Assembly: GCA_964016885.1 (NCBI GenBank) | Contig: OZ024744.1 | Coordinates: forward strand, 55,118,001-55,182,000 | Length of the DNA: 64,000 nt | Direction: 5' to 3' | Source of the DNA: Eledone cirrhosa | Taxonomy: Eukaryota | Shown: in pieces, positions 12,108 through 25,257 of the stretch | Layout of the letters: each line of letters starts with the position of its first letter | Position numbering within the stretch: the first letter of the stretch is position 1 | Translations under genes and position numbers: made by a program | Notes under the pieces: generated by a model | What the model was told of the DNA's origin: nothing | What the model saw: only the letters and a program-made list of their open reading frames with translations | The model's database searches: none

Positions 12108-12948
12108 TAGAATGACATTCTCTGACAAGTCTGATCTCAGATTGCAGCGAGCCTACAACCCCTGGAAAGCAAATGTAAAATGATGATGCTGACAATGACA
12201 AACAATGCTAACTTTCATTTGCTGTTGCCATTATGATTATATTTTGGGTATCAGAATTGATAGAAGTTCCCAAAACATGATGCAATGTTAGTAAAAACTG
12301 AAGTTAACAATCCAATTCCAAGAACCAACAAAGTTTTTGTTGTTATAGCACACACCTATATAGATTTAGCTGGCCTTCTACAAGGCTGCATTTATAGTAG
12401 GTTTCTTGGGTGTTTTAATGATAGGATCCCAGCCGTATCTTAACAAACAACGTGTAATGAAGAGTTCTGCTCAAGAAGACAACATGCCATGAGTCAAACA
12501 CTAACCATTGAGCCTCACACCCGGAATTGACACTTGCACAATATAATCTATCTTCCTGACAGAGATGATGAGAAACTCAAATGTCACAGCAAAGCCAAGA
12601 CCCTTCTTTCAGGTTTTCCCTGCACTCTGTTTGTGATTGTTGTTAGTTGAAGCTTATGCCAATGCAGGTTTACTTTGAATTTTATGAGGTCATGTCTCAT
12701 AAGAGGTTTCTTGAATGTTTTAATGATAGGGGCCTCAATCTTATAGTGAAAAGCAATATGAAATGAAGTAGTATCTCACTCAAGAACACAACGTGCCACC
12801 TAGTCCAGGATTTGAACTCAATCGTATGACTGCGAGCCCAACACACTAATCACTAGGCCACTCGTCTTTACTATGTGATTAGCTTCATTAGTAACATCTT
12901 ATGATCTGCTAATGAGGAAGAACAGCAACAGAATAAAGAATAATTTAC

Positions 12949-13014
12949 CTTAAGAGGGCCTTCAATACAGTCATCGGTAACAACCACAGATGTTTGACTT
13001 TCCTTTAAGAAAAC
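12949..13014 (-). CDS. ARID4: ARID4A/B orthologue, coding exon 3 (Tudor domain)
   Basis: ttatag|GTT acceptor and AAG|gtaaat donor; 66 nt; VFLKESQTSVVVTDDCIEGPLK, compare ...VQDDHIKGPLK. Confidence 0.94.
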
Positions 13015-13239
13015 CTATAAAATAAAAGAAAATAGCAATGAATATTGATTACATAAAGAAAAATGCATTTAAGCAACAAAGATTTTAACCTCTTCATTAT
13101 TATATTTAATGAAGAATTTTGAGGGATTTACTGATATTATTAGTTATTTCATTACTACTCCCTTTATTATATTATAGATAGGGACTTGACAATAAGATTT
13201 TATATAAAATGCTTTGAATTAAATAGGACCCCTTTAAAA

Positions 13240-13810
13240 TGAGTTGAGAGAAAAATTGGTTATAAGAGAAATTAGATGTTATGTGCAAGAAAGGAGATTG
13301 TGCTGGTAAATATTTGTAATGTATATGAACGATGACAGTTGGGTTAAAAAGTACCAGAAAATCCAAGTGGTAGAAATCTATGGAAAAGTTTACCAAGGAA
13401 GATATGGGCAGGAATGGTAAAAGCTGATCTCAGAATCCTGAAAAAGGATCTGACTTGCTGGACAGCTCACAGAACAAATTAATCTGTCCTGGAAGAGATT
13501 GGTGCCAATCGACAGTTGGTTGAAACAGAAAGGAAAAGGAAAGTTCATCAGGACCCCAAATTTGACTACCCACATCCTTGAGGGACGAATACAGGAAGAA
13601 AGGGCCAGGCGTTGGCAGAAAAGAAGATGGACAGATGATATTAAGGAATGGACAGGAAGAAGTTTGGTGGAATGTATGGCAATAGCAAGAGACAGGAAAA
13701 GATGGAGAGTGCTGGTCCATAAGTCCATGACGCCTGACCCTCAGATATGAGGATGAGAAGGAAGGACCCATCCAACCCATGCAAGCATAGAAAAAAAATG
13801 GATACAAAAG
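13240..13810 (+). mobile_element. Nested decayed RTE 3' fragments
   Basis: ILEGRIQEERAR...RWTDDIKEWTG...ARDRKRWR (RTE/BovB-type C-terminus) inside another RTE 3' end. Confidence 0.7.
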
Positions 13811-14282
13811 TTATTTTATGGCCCTTTTTCTCCTACCTCCCAATTTTAAATATTTCATTTTTGCATAGATTGAAAGATTAAAAGAGTTGACACCTCTCAC
13901 TAACAATGTCTTCTCTATATTCTGGCAGAAGAAACAGCCTTTTACATTTAGAGAAACCAATGTTTTGTATGTTAACCCTTTTGATGCCAACCATGAATCC
14001 AGCCCTGGTTCTCTGACACAAAACTGTTTATTTTATGCATGTATTTATTTGAAAATCTCCATGCCACCAATGTTGTCTAAGGACATGGCAAAGGCTGATA
14101 CAGCTTGCAACAGTGACATCCAAACTCATTTCTACAGCTGACCGACAGGAGCAACATGAAATAAAGTGTCTTGCTCAAGGACCCAACTCACCACCTGGTA
14201 CAGGAATTGGTTCTACAATACAAAGCTGTTTATTTTGAAGTGTTTATATTTATCTAAAAACCTTTGTTTCACAGACTTAATG

Positions 14283-14485
14283 ATTTCTAGTATTGACACA
14301 AGGCCAGTAATTTGGGAGAGGGGAACATCGATTAAATCGACTCCAGTACGTTACTGGTGCTTTATTTTATTGACCCCGTAAGGATGAAAGGCAAAGTTAA
14401 CCTCAGCGGGATTTGAACTCACACTGTAACTATGCTGCAAAGCATGGTGTCCGATTCTCTACCGATACTGCCAATCTACCAACTT
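14283..14485 (-). mobile_element. tRNA-derived SINE with Meta/MESC-like central domain
   Basis: Reverse complement of GAGTTCAAATCCCGC.GAGGTT.ACTTTGCCTTTCATCCTTACGGGGTC.ATAAAATAAAG. Confidence 0.75.
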
Positions 14486-14707
14486 AATAATGAAAAAGTT
14501 ATATTACAAAATCCCACCAAATTCTGGATTATTTTACCAAAATGAGTATCTAGATGTTTCTTCGTTCCACTCAACTATGAAGTAGAGTAGACCGAGATAA
14601 GTTAAGTATCGTGTCTTATCTACAAGCTGAAGGCAATAAAAATAACACTTGATACCAACCCACCTAAAACCACCCTAATTCTATGATGACACACCTTTTG
14701 TCTGTCT

Positions 14708-14923
14708 TTAACCCTTTAGCATTTAAACCAGCCATATCCGGCCAGAATTCTCTCACCTCTTTCTGTTCAAACTGACTGTAACTGACCCCTCATACTGATA
14801 TTATGGTATTGTTCTCAAAATAAATAATATCAAAATCTGATATATTCGATATTATGTGAAATAAAACCTTTACCATGAAAATACAATAGTAAATATAGAG
14901 TAATATAAATGTTAAAGGGTTAA
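14708..14923. mobile_element. TTAA-flanked MITE, family 1
   Basis: TTAACCCTTTAGCATTTA ... TAAATGTTAAAGGGTTAA. Confidence 0.85.
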
Positions 14924-16067
14924 AGTATTCCTACTTAAATTTTTTTAAATGTTAAGGAAGAATATTTTTAAGTTATGTACTAAATACAGCTTAATATGGT
15001 TAGGTATTTTACTAAATCCTTTCAACTTGTTTAATATTTACAAAATTAATTGAAAAATATAGATTTGTGTTTTCATTAGAAATATGGTAATGAAATGGTT
15101 AACAGTTTGTACAGTTGTATGCATTTCTTGACGCCAAATGCAGTCAACAGAGGAAAAGCGCCTATCATCAATCTGACCAACTAAATGAAACAAAATTAAA
15201 CAAATAAGACATGATTTCAGCATCATATTATTGAAAAGATTGTCTGTTTCAGAGGTTAACACCCAACTACTGCTATTACTCAACATCCTAACCAGTAAGC
15301 CACATGCCTAAATATAGCCACTGATCAATATGATTATGAATCAATGAAGACAAATTTTTCAGGTTACCAATTTGTTTTGATAAATCTTAAATAATTTTGG
15401 CCAGAAATCGGAAAACTACAGCCTGCAGATACATTTTATATAGGTATCCTAGAATATGTGATGTTGGATACAAAAAATGTTGCCCTCCTTAACATTTGGC
15501 CTGCAAGACATAAAAACATTTCAAAACTGGCCTCTCTCCAAAAAGGTTTACCAACAAAACCTCTAGATATGCGAAAAGCAGGTGGAAGAATAATCTGGAT
15601 TATAATGTGCCTTGGATAATAATTCAACCCCTCTGTTGTCATGTTTGTAATAAAATAACCGTTAATGATTATGTAACAATTTTGAAAATAATAAAGAATT
15701 TATAGTGATTTACCAATATATTCTTTTTAAGCTGGTAAATGGAACAGATTTTTACATGAAATTATGGTGGAATTTTTGCAGATAAATATAAACACTTTTG
15801 TGTCATAAAACCCAAAACAGTTTCAAGTAGTTTGCTATCATCAAATGGTTTAAGTTACATATATCTTTTTAATTCTTACAATTTAACAGATAAAACTTTT
15901 TTCATAATTTGGCCATAGTTAAAAAAAGTCATATTTTAGCTGAGGACACAATAAAATCAAACAATGAGTTACCCATATATGTCATTCACTAGTCTTGTTT
16001 TGAACCTTATTACAAGATCCATGTGTCATGCAAGTTTAAGTTATGCAGGTATAATTTAGCAATATAC

Positions 16068-19000
16068 TCATCACCATCATCATTATCATCATTTTACGTC
16101 CGCTTTTCCCTGCTTGCAAGGGTGGGACAGGTCTTATTCAGCACAGCATCTCTCCACTTGTCACGGTCCTTCGTCATCTCCACCGTGAGCTTCAGCGATC
16201 TGAGGTCTGCTCTCACCACCTCCACCCATGTTTTTCGTGATCTACCTCTACCACGTCTTCCTTCAACTGGCATTTCTTGGCACTTCTTCACCCAGCGGTC
16301 ATCCTCCATGCGCATCGCAGTCTGCTCTCTCGCACACTACATTCTATCCCTCTCAGACACAGTTTCTCTCTCAACACATTTATGCTGGGTCATTTACGCA
16401 CATTGACATTGCACATCCAACGGAACATGTTTGCCTCATTTCGCTCCAGCCGACGCATATCCTCTGCAGTTGCTGCCCATGTCTCACTACCATGCAGCAC
16501 CGCACACCTCACACAGGCATCATATAACCGGCCTTTCGTACGCAGGGAGAAATCCTTCTTCGTCAGCAGAGAAAGCAGCTCCCTAAGCTTCTTCCAACCT
16601 GTCATTCTAGATACTATGGCCCTGGAACCCCCCCCCCCCTGATAGCCTAGGTACCGGAAGCTATCAACCACTTCTATAGCACCCACCTGTATTTGAAAAA
16701 TATGTCTATCAATGCGACTTCTGCTGTCTAAATTCCCTGTACATCTATTGCATACGTACTTCTCCCTACCTGTTAGTTTACCTGCTATCCCACTACATCT
16801 CTTGTGTACCCAGGATCTGCATTGTGCGCATTTTATAGAATTTCTGCCAGTTCCTTTTCTGCATATCGAACATGGCCATTTCCCTGACGGAATCAGAGTT
16901 TGTCCTCTTTTCTACTCGTCAACACTTTTGTCTTAGCTAGGTTCACTCTCAGTCCTCTTGATTCCAACTGCTGTTTCCATAGCCAGAATTTATTCTCCAG
17001 CTCCTCTACTGATTCTGCTATAAGAACCAGATCGTCAGCATAGAGAAGTTTCCATGGACAGCCAGTCTTAAACTCCTCTGTTATGACTTGGAGGACTATA
17101 ATGAACAAGAGCGGGCTGAGGACCGAACCTTGATGTACTCCTACTTCTATCTGGAATTCCTCACTAAACTCCATTCCTACCCTGACTTTACTGACAGCAC
17201 CTCTACAAAGCTTACACTGTCCTCACAAGCCATTCCTCAACACCCAACTTCCTTAGGGACCACCAGATGACAGATCGGGGTACCCTATCAAAGGCCTTCT
17301 CAAGGTCAACAAAAGCTAAGTATAGTGGCTTATTCTTCTCTAAGAACTGCTTTTGTAATTGTCTCACTAAGAAGAGGGCATCCATTGTACTTTTCCCAGG
17401 CACAAAAACAAACTGCATCTCATCTAGTTTGACCCTTTCTCTAATTAGCTCCACTAATATCCTTTCTGCCACTTTCATAACCTGATCCATCAGTTTTATG
17501 CCCCTATAATTGCTCCACCCCAGAGCATCCCCTTTACCTTTGTAGCAATTTATGAGAATACTGCTGCACCAGTCTTTGGGTATGACACCGCCATATATAA
17601 CCTGATTGATGATGCGTGCAACCAGTTTAGTGCCTATGTCCCCTTATGCCTTCAGCATCTCAGCAACTATCTCCCGATGGTCCAGCGGCCTTACTATTTA
17701 TCATTTCCTTAATCGCCTCTTGAACCCTATAGTCGTCAATCTCAATAGCTGGTCCCTCTGCCGGGTCTACTGGGGGTAATTTCTCTCTCTCCCATTCGTT
17801 CTCCACATTCATCAGTCTCTCATAATGACATTTCCAGGCCTCCTTTATCTGATCATTCGTGAAACTAAGTAAACCGGCATCATTCCAGACACATTTATCT
17901 CCAACATCCTGATTTGCACTGACACACTGCCTTGCAATGTGGAACTCCACACCTCTCTGATCTTCCCATCGCAGAATATTGGCAAATCTCCTACTCTCAG
18001 CCTCCCTGCGTGCTAAGTACACCTGACGTCTACCTTCTCTCTTAGCGGCTGTATATCCTTCTCTACTCCCACCATTTTTCAAAGCATTCCATGCTAGTCT
18101 TTTGTCTCTAATGGCCCTATCTACCGTGCTGTTCCACCACCAGGTCACTGTGTCTGGTTGGAGCTCTGCTCTAGCCACAAGTTTCTTCAGTAGCCTGCAG
18201 TAAGTTGTCACGTAAGAAATTCCAGTTATCAGCTATGTCATACAGCTCTAAATCGTCTTCTTTTTCGTCATACACATCTTGAAAGGCTTTCCTAAATTTG
18301 TATTTTAGTGAAAGGTCTTTTAGCTTCCAGACCTTTCTTTTCCACACCGTCCTGTATGTCTCATTTTGTCTCATGCTTACTGAGATTTCACTAACAACTA
18401 ACCTATGCTGTGGGGTACATTCTTCCCCAGGATATGCCTTGGTATTTGACACCATTTGTCTGTCCCGCTGACTAACTAGCAAGTCAATCTAATCTGGCTT
18501 ATGTGTTCGCCTGATTTGTAGGTTACTAGATGGTTGGCAGGTTTCTGGAAGTTAGTGTTGCAAATGGTTAGTGCACTTGCTTCACAAAATTCAACAAGTC
18601 TCACTCTCCTTCATTTCTTGGGCTGTAACCGTGCCCACCATGTACCCCAGTGTCACTATCCTGGAGCTGTCCCACATGACCATTGAAGTCCCCTGCTAGC
18701 ATAACGATGTCTCCGTCCTCTGTCATTGCAGCTGTTTGTAAACGTTGCTCGTAAAAGCAGTCTTTCTCTTCTTTACCTAGGCCTGTTTGTCGAGCATAGA
18801 CGGAGATGATTGTCAGCAGTCTCCTGCCTACAACTAATCTAAGCTTAATTATTCGATTATTAACTCGAACTACCTCTATTGTCTTATCGATCCATCTCTC
18901 AGCCAGTAAAATGCCTACTCCCCCTAACCCATCATCCTTACCTACCCACAAAAAGCTTATATAAGTAAGATGTTTGCCTGTGATTAGTCTCGCAGAGGCA

Positions 19001-19290
19001 CCTTTCCATCTCACCTCTTGCACGCAACACATATCCACATGTCTTCTCTCCAGCATCTCCACTATTTCACCAGATCTACTTTTGAGAGTGCCAACATTAA
19101 GTGTTGCCAACATTAAGTGTCTTCATATTCTTGTTCCTTTTCCTGCTGCTGTAGTGCGATTGCTTAATGATGGTCAAGGGGTTCTCGCACATGGCCTCAC
19201 CAGCCACCCCACTACCATGCGCAGCCCTAACAAGGTTAGTGTTATTGCTGTTGACGCAGTTGTTGCAATTCTCAATTGTTGTGCTCATAG
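16068..19290 (-). mobile_element. RTE-clade LINE, subfamily A, near full length (APE endonuclease + RT + Cys/His finger), frameshifted
   Basis: ATLNVGTL, CCVQEVRW, ISVYA, GDFNGHVG, QHRLVV (APE); FVDLEKAFDRV, QGSVLSPLLF, YADD (RT); (GAT)n tail at the left end; single-ORF architecture typical of RTE. Confidence 0.95.
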
Positions 19291-20184
19291 TTTTTGGCAG
19301 TAGTATATATACTGGTTGGATGCCAGTATATATACTATATCTACTAATGCAGAGGACACACCTTGTGACTTATAAATGAGTATATGGTATCATCATCATT
19401 TAACATCTATTTTCCATGCTTCCATGGGTTAGATGGGTTGTCACGTTATGAGACAAGTCAGGTCCAGAGACCACATCATGCTCATACGGATCTGTATGCA
19501 GACTATTGTGTCCTCTACATGTTTGTTTCATTTCATTTTATGTACACGGGAAGGCAGTTCTTCTGCAGCACAGCATGACACCAGAGATTTGATCTTGTGT
19601 CATCCCCTTTGTGAGGTTTGATGTGTGTATCTACACACACACACAATGTCTTGTTTTTAGATGGTAGCTTTAACGGTCAAACTTTTTCACCATTCTTAGC
19701 CATCTTCCAATTGTTATTTCATATTTTCATTACTCTTGCATACAACATTTTCAGGACACAGTTTCTCCAATAAGTCTTAATGTAAAATAGTAATTTTAAA
19801 ATGAGAATTTAGAACAGTACATGATTTACTCACTAGCTTCTATTAGAATATTCTACTCTGAGAACTAACACTCCAATTTTCAAATTACATTGACCACTAG
19901 CTGCATGCTGGCTATCATTTCAATGATTCAACATCACAATTCCTGCTCACCACCATTCCAAGGAGGTCATAGCCTTTATTTTTTCTCTCCCTCACACTCC
20001 TTTCCATGATCAATATGGCTTATTTATTTAACTGGTGGTAACAATGTCTTTAAATGAGAACATCTGACCATAAATAAGTACCCTTTATTTGCTACCAAGT
20101 AACTGCAAATATCGTCTTTTTAAATGCAGCTGATGTACAAGCAACCTACCCAGTTACTTCCATTTCAGCTCCAATACTTTTGAG

Positions 20185-22620
20185 CTACAGCAATCAACAT
20201 TGGCACTAAGAAAGGTAAGTCTAGAGAAATTGTAGAGATGCTTGAAAGGCAGTGTGTAGATGTATTGTGTGTGCAAGAGGAGCTTCAGCCAGACATCTCA
20301 TGAGCAAGAAACATAAGTACAAGTTCTTCTGGTTGGGTAACAGCAATAGGGTGGGAGTAAGTACATTACTTGCAGAGATATGGGTAGATAAGGTAATTAA
20401 GGTAGAGTATATGACTAATCATCATCTCTGTATACACACTGCTGACGTGTTTGTAACCTCATTATTGTGGCTAATGACAAATGGACATGGATCAACACTA
20501 TGATGGATACCATAAGATGTATTGAAGCTATGGACTTGGTGTCCAAAATAACAAGGGATGAAGGCTTCTTAAGTTTTGTGATGCAAATGATCTGGTAATT
20601 TACAACATCAACAACTTCAGAAAACCAGCCATCCACTTGTGCACCTATCAATCAGAAGGATACACAAGTCAGATCGACCTTATTTTCATTAGGAAATGAT
20701 ACAGAATGGTGGTTGTAAATGTCAAGTCCATCTCTGGTGAAGATTACACCACTCAGCATAGACTAGTGACTAGTGACTTCAGAGCAGAGCAAGACATATG
20801 GACAAACCAAAGATAATATGGAGACTCAAAGAACCACAAAGCACACATAGATTTAGAGACATACTAGCCAAAACCCTTGATGAGAAATTAGAGTCCTTTA
20901 ACATAGTGGAAAACTGGAAACATATTTAAGGCAACCTGCTAGACAAAAAAGTGACATGATGGTGGAACAGTACAGTAGAAAGTGCCATAAAAGCTAAGAG
21001 ACAGGCTTGGAATATGAAGAAGGCAGGAGTGGCAAGGAATTATACCAAGTACCTAGAAGAGAAGCTAGCTGTAAGGTTTATATAACAAGAGGCTGAAAGA
21101 ACAAGGTTTATCAATGATCTGTAACATGAGGATCAGAAGTATGGCGTGTTTTGGATCGCAACACAGTATACAAGGACCGAGGCGTTATTGAAGAGAAGTG
21201 TCACAGAATGACAGCATTTCACTTAGCATTACCGATGCGAAAAGGAAAGATGTATGAAAGTGTTACTATGAGAGGTTACTAAATGAGCAGAATACATGGG
21301 AAAGTGGAGGTTTACCCCATTTAGAGCTAATTGAAGGACCAATCATCAAAGTGACAGCAGTACAGTAAAGTGATTAAAAATATGCAGCTGGTCTTTCACA
21401 GGTATAGTTGCTGAGATTATTAAGCTATTTGGTGGAGTAGGTCACAGGATAGTTGCAAGTACAGTTAATCATGTAGTGCAGGAAAGAGTCATATCCATTG
21501 ACTAATGTAGCAGCATCATTGCTACATGGGCAAAGGAGATGCACTAGAGACAGGAAATTACAGAAGCATCAAATTGTAGGATCAGGTTATGAAGATCACA
21601 GAAATAGTAACTGCACAATTGGTTACAGACAATTTTGATAAGATGCAGCTTGGCCTTGTGTCTGAGAGAAGAACTAATAATGCCATCTTCCTCGTTTGGC
21701 AGCTTCAGGAGAAATATTTAGCTAAGAGTAAGCCCCTATGTCTAGCATTTGTTGACCTGGAGAAGGCCTTTGGCGCAATGCCATGCTCTGTAATTTGGTG
21801 GCCACTTAAGAAGTTAGAGATAAAGGAACTGTACTAGCTATGTATAAAGGTAACCAGCAATAAGTACAGTAACGAGTTAAGTATCTAGATAGGAGTTCAC
21901 TAAGTCTCAGCCCTCTTCTGTTCATTATAGACCTCTGGGCCAAAACTGGGGAGTTAAATATTGATTGTCTGGGAGAGCTTCTGTATGGTCATGATCTAGC
22001 CCTCATAACCGAAACAATAAAAATCTGTCTCTAGAAGAGATGTAGTGGGATAAAGGTAGACTGACAGGGAGTGTAGACTTTATATGTGGTAGATGCACAA
22101 GTGTAGTCAACTGTAAGGGTACTCAAGAAATAAACTTTCTCAAATGTTCAGAAGGTTCCCTGGAAGTGGTAGATAGCTTCTACTATCTAGGTGATCTCAT
22201 TAGTAGTGAAAGTGGATGTACTGAAAATGTAACCAGAATGAGAACAGGATGGAAGAAGATCAAGGAGCTGTTACCTCTACTGGCAACAAAGGGCTTCTCT
22301 CTCTGAGTGAAGGGTATATTATATGATGCTTATGTTCAAACTGCTATGCTACATATCAGTGAGACATGGGCTTCAAATGCAGAAGATTTGTGGTGGCTAA
22401 AATGAAATGAAGCAAGTATGCTTTGCAGGATATGTAATATTAGTATGCATGAACATAAATCACAAGTAAACTGAGAAAAAGGTTAAGTATAAGAGGTACT
22501 GAATCTAACATGCAAGAAACAAGTGCACAGTTAGGGGCATGTTCTATATAAGGAGAATGAGAACTATATAAAAAAGGGCCATGGACCCTGTAGAAGAGAT
22601 ATGCCAAATACAAAAGACCA
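20185..22620 (+). mobile_element. Older near-full-length RTE LINE, heavily decayed
   Basis: APE remnants (INIGT, LCVQE, HRLV) and RT remnants (LAFVDLEKAF) with many stops and deletions. Confidence 0.88.
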
Positions 22621-22939
22621 GTCCACCAGTACAAAACCTGTGACACTAAAATTAAATGCATAGACTAGAGACAGGAGCGTTTGGCAATTGAAAAGAGACT
22701 CCTCAATTTGGACAATCATGGATGTGACAATTTCTCTAGTCCACCCTGTAAAATGGTAGCATTGGTGCCACTATAAAACACACACTGAAGCATGGTTCTG
22801 AAGTGAGCTAGTTGAGGCTGAAGATTGAGAATGCCAATAAGCGACTCACAAAGACTCAACTTTAAATATATATATATAGACAGACAGACACACACAAGTA
22901 TATATATATATATGTATATATTAAAGGTATATTAAAGGT

Positions 22940-23523
22940 ATATATTGAGTTAGAAACTCAAAATAGTCTCTTATAATTAAATAGCTCAAGGAAAGAGATT
23001 TTTCCAAGCCGTGTAATATAATTGAATATAAAAGAGAGATAAACACAGATATATATATATATATGTGTTCAAATCGTAAGGGACCAGATTCGCTAGGGTG
23101 AATAAAATACTAACTATGAACAATAGGGTTTGCCAGACTCAATTTAAAAGAATAAATCAAGAAAATAAATACAAACCGATATTGGGGTAACTACCAGGAA
23201 CGTAGACAGCTTTTGGTGATGTTGTTTTGCAATTTTAGTGAAGAGAATTACCAATTCTTTTGCTCATCAGTGGGTGTAAAATTAGTAAACTCTTCACTTC
23301 TAAGTATCTCAGAAGACTGAATAGTGTGCATATATAAAATAACGCACATGCACATGGTATCAGAACCTAGCGTGTCTCATAAACGCATACATACATACAT
23401 ATATATATATATATCTGTGTTTATCTCTCTTTTATATTCAATTATATTACACAGTCCGGAAAAATCTCTTTCCTTGAGCTATTTAATTGTAAGAGACTAT
23501 TTTGAGTTTCTAACTCAATATAT
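22940..23523. repeat. Inverted repeat: ~125-bp arms (22940-23064 and 23400-23523) around a ~335-bp spacer
   Basis: ATATTGAGTTAGAAACTCAAAATAGTCTCTTA...GAGAGATAAACACAGATATA and its reverse complement, with only a few mismatches. Confidence 0.92.
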
Positions 23524-23591
23524 TCGGCTCCTTCAATTTGTAGAGCTAATTTAAATGTCGAGTAAACTTGGCTGCTATTTTTAGTAGTATG

Positions 23592-23936
23592 CATCATGCA
23601 GTAATACAGAGTACCCGAGCTCCCATGGGTACAAGCTGAAGCATATAGACAACATGCCCCCACAACCTCCTACTGTAAAGTGGACGTGTAGGCGCCACGG
23701 AAAAAAGCACCCAGTAGTCACTGTAAATGAGGTTGGTGTTAGGAAGGGTATCCAGCTGTAGAAACCAAGCCAAAATCAGTTCCTGTATGAGCAAGGCATG
23801 GTGAGCCGACCAGACACTGCCCACAACAGGACAACCCGTCTAACCCATGCTAGCATAGAAGAACGGACGTAAAACGGTGATGATGATGATGATGATGATA
23901 ATGTTCAAATTGTAAGGGACCAGATTCACTAAGGTA

Positions 23937-24014
<78 letters not shown>

Positions 24015-24840
24015 GTTGCACAGCAACAAGACCTGGGCACTGTGTGCTGAGGACCTGCAAAAATTGGAAAGAAATGAAGCCTCCATGCTTCGCTGGATGT
24101 GCAATAGCAATATACATGAACGGCAAAGTATAAATGTACTGCGTGAGAAATTAGGCATAAGAGGGATCAATTGTTGCGTGCAGGAGAGGAGATTGCATTG
24201 GTATGAACATGTGATGCCTAATATGAAGGATGACAGCTATATAAAAGGTGCAGAGCGCTCATAGTTGATGGTAGCCATGGAGTGGGCAGGCCTAGGAAGA
24301 CTTGGGGCGAGGTAATAAAAGCTGACCTTGCACAATTAGACTCACCGAAGCAATGACACAGGACCGCGACCTCTGGCGCTATGCAGTATTACAGATGACC
24401 GACCCTCTATTATTCTCAGGATGAGGCATATACCCAGTAGGCAACACCTTCCTCAACTTTTCTCCTACCATGCACCTCCCTTTGTGGTAACCATCCTTCC
24501 CATATTACCTACGTCCACAATTTCCCCAAGCTTCATTCCCACCCCCTTCCCTATTTCCAAGCCAAAAGTTCCCAGGCCCTACTGTAAAGTGGTCATGTCG
24601 GCAACACAGCAAAAAGTGCCACACTGTAATGTAGTCATGAAGGTGACACGACAAAAAGCACCCAGCCCACACTGTAAATGTGGTTGGCTTTAGGAAGAGC
24701 ATGCAGCTGTAGAAACCAAGCCATAATCTGCACCAGGTGAGCTAAACATGGTCCTCTGTCGTGATTCTCTCGCTAAAGGTCAACTCGTCCTACGCATGCT
24801 AGCGTGGAAGATGGACGTTAAATGATGATGATGATGAATG
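23592..24840 (+). mobile_element. Cluster of RTE 3' fragments (B tail 23592-23900; ORF end 24012-24400; C-type tail 24400-24840) around an (AT)n tract
   Basis: Similarity to 33090-33420 and to the reverse complement of 44945-45350; MLHSNKTW...RRLHWYEHV. Confidence 0.85.
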
Positions 24841-25257
24841 GTTAAGATATTTTGTGACACTTAAATGATGCATTCAGATGTGTGAAACATGACGTGTGTG
24901 TATATATATACATCATCATCATCGTTTAATGTTCATCTTCCATGCTAGCAAGTGTTGGACAGTTTTGTCCCACTTGCAGCAAGATTGGTCGGGAGACCGT
25001 GTCTCGCTTGTACAGAACTGTTTCTGGCAGGTTTTCTGCAGCTGGATGCCCTTCCTAACACCAACCACATTTACAGTGTAGACTAGGAGCCTTTTTACCG
25101 TGTCACCCTCACGACCACTTTACAGTGTGGACTGGGTCCCATCAGAGCAAGGTATAGCATGGCCAATCCTGATCAGAATTATCTCTTGACACGGACAACC
25201 TGTCTGACCCATGCAAGCAGGGAAAAATGGACGTTAAACGCTGATAATATATATAGA

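Noticed and set aside
15076-15180. Strong-looking minus-strand acceptor followed by a short open frame, or a C-box-like TGATGA
   Set aside because: No donor, no D box, no homology to ARID4; runs into a MITE remnant
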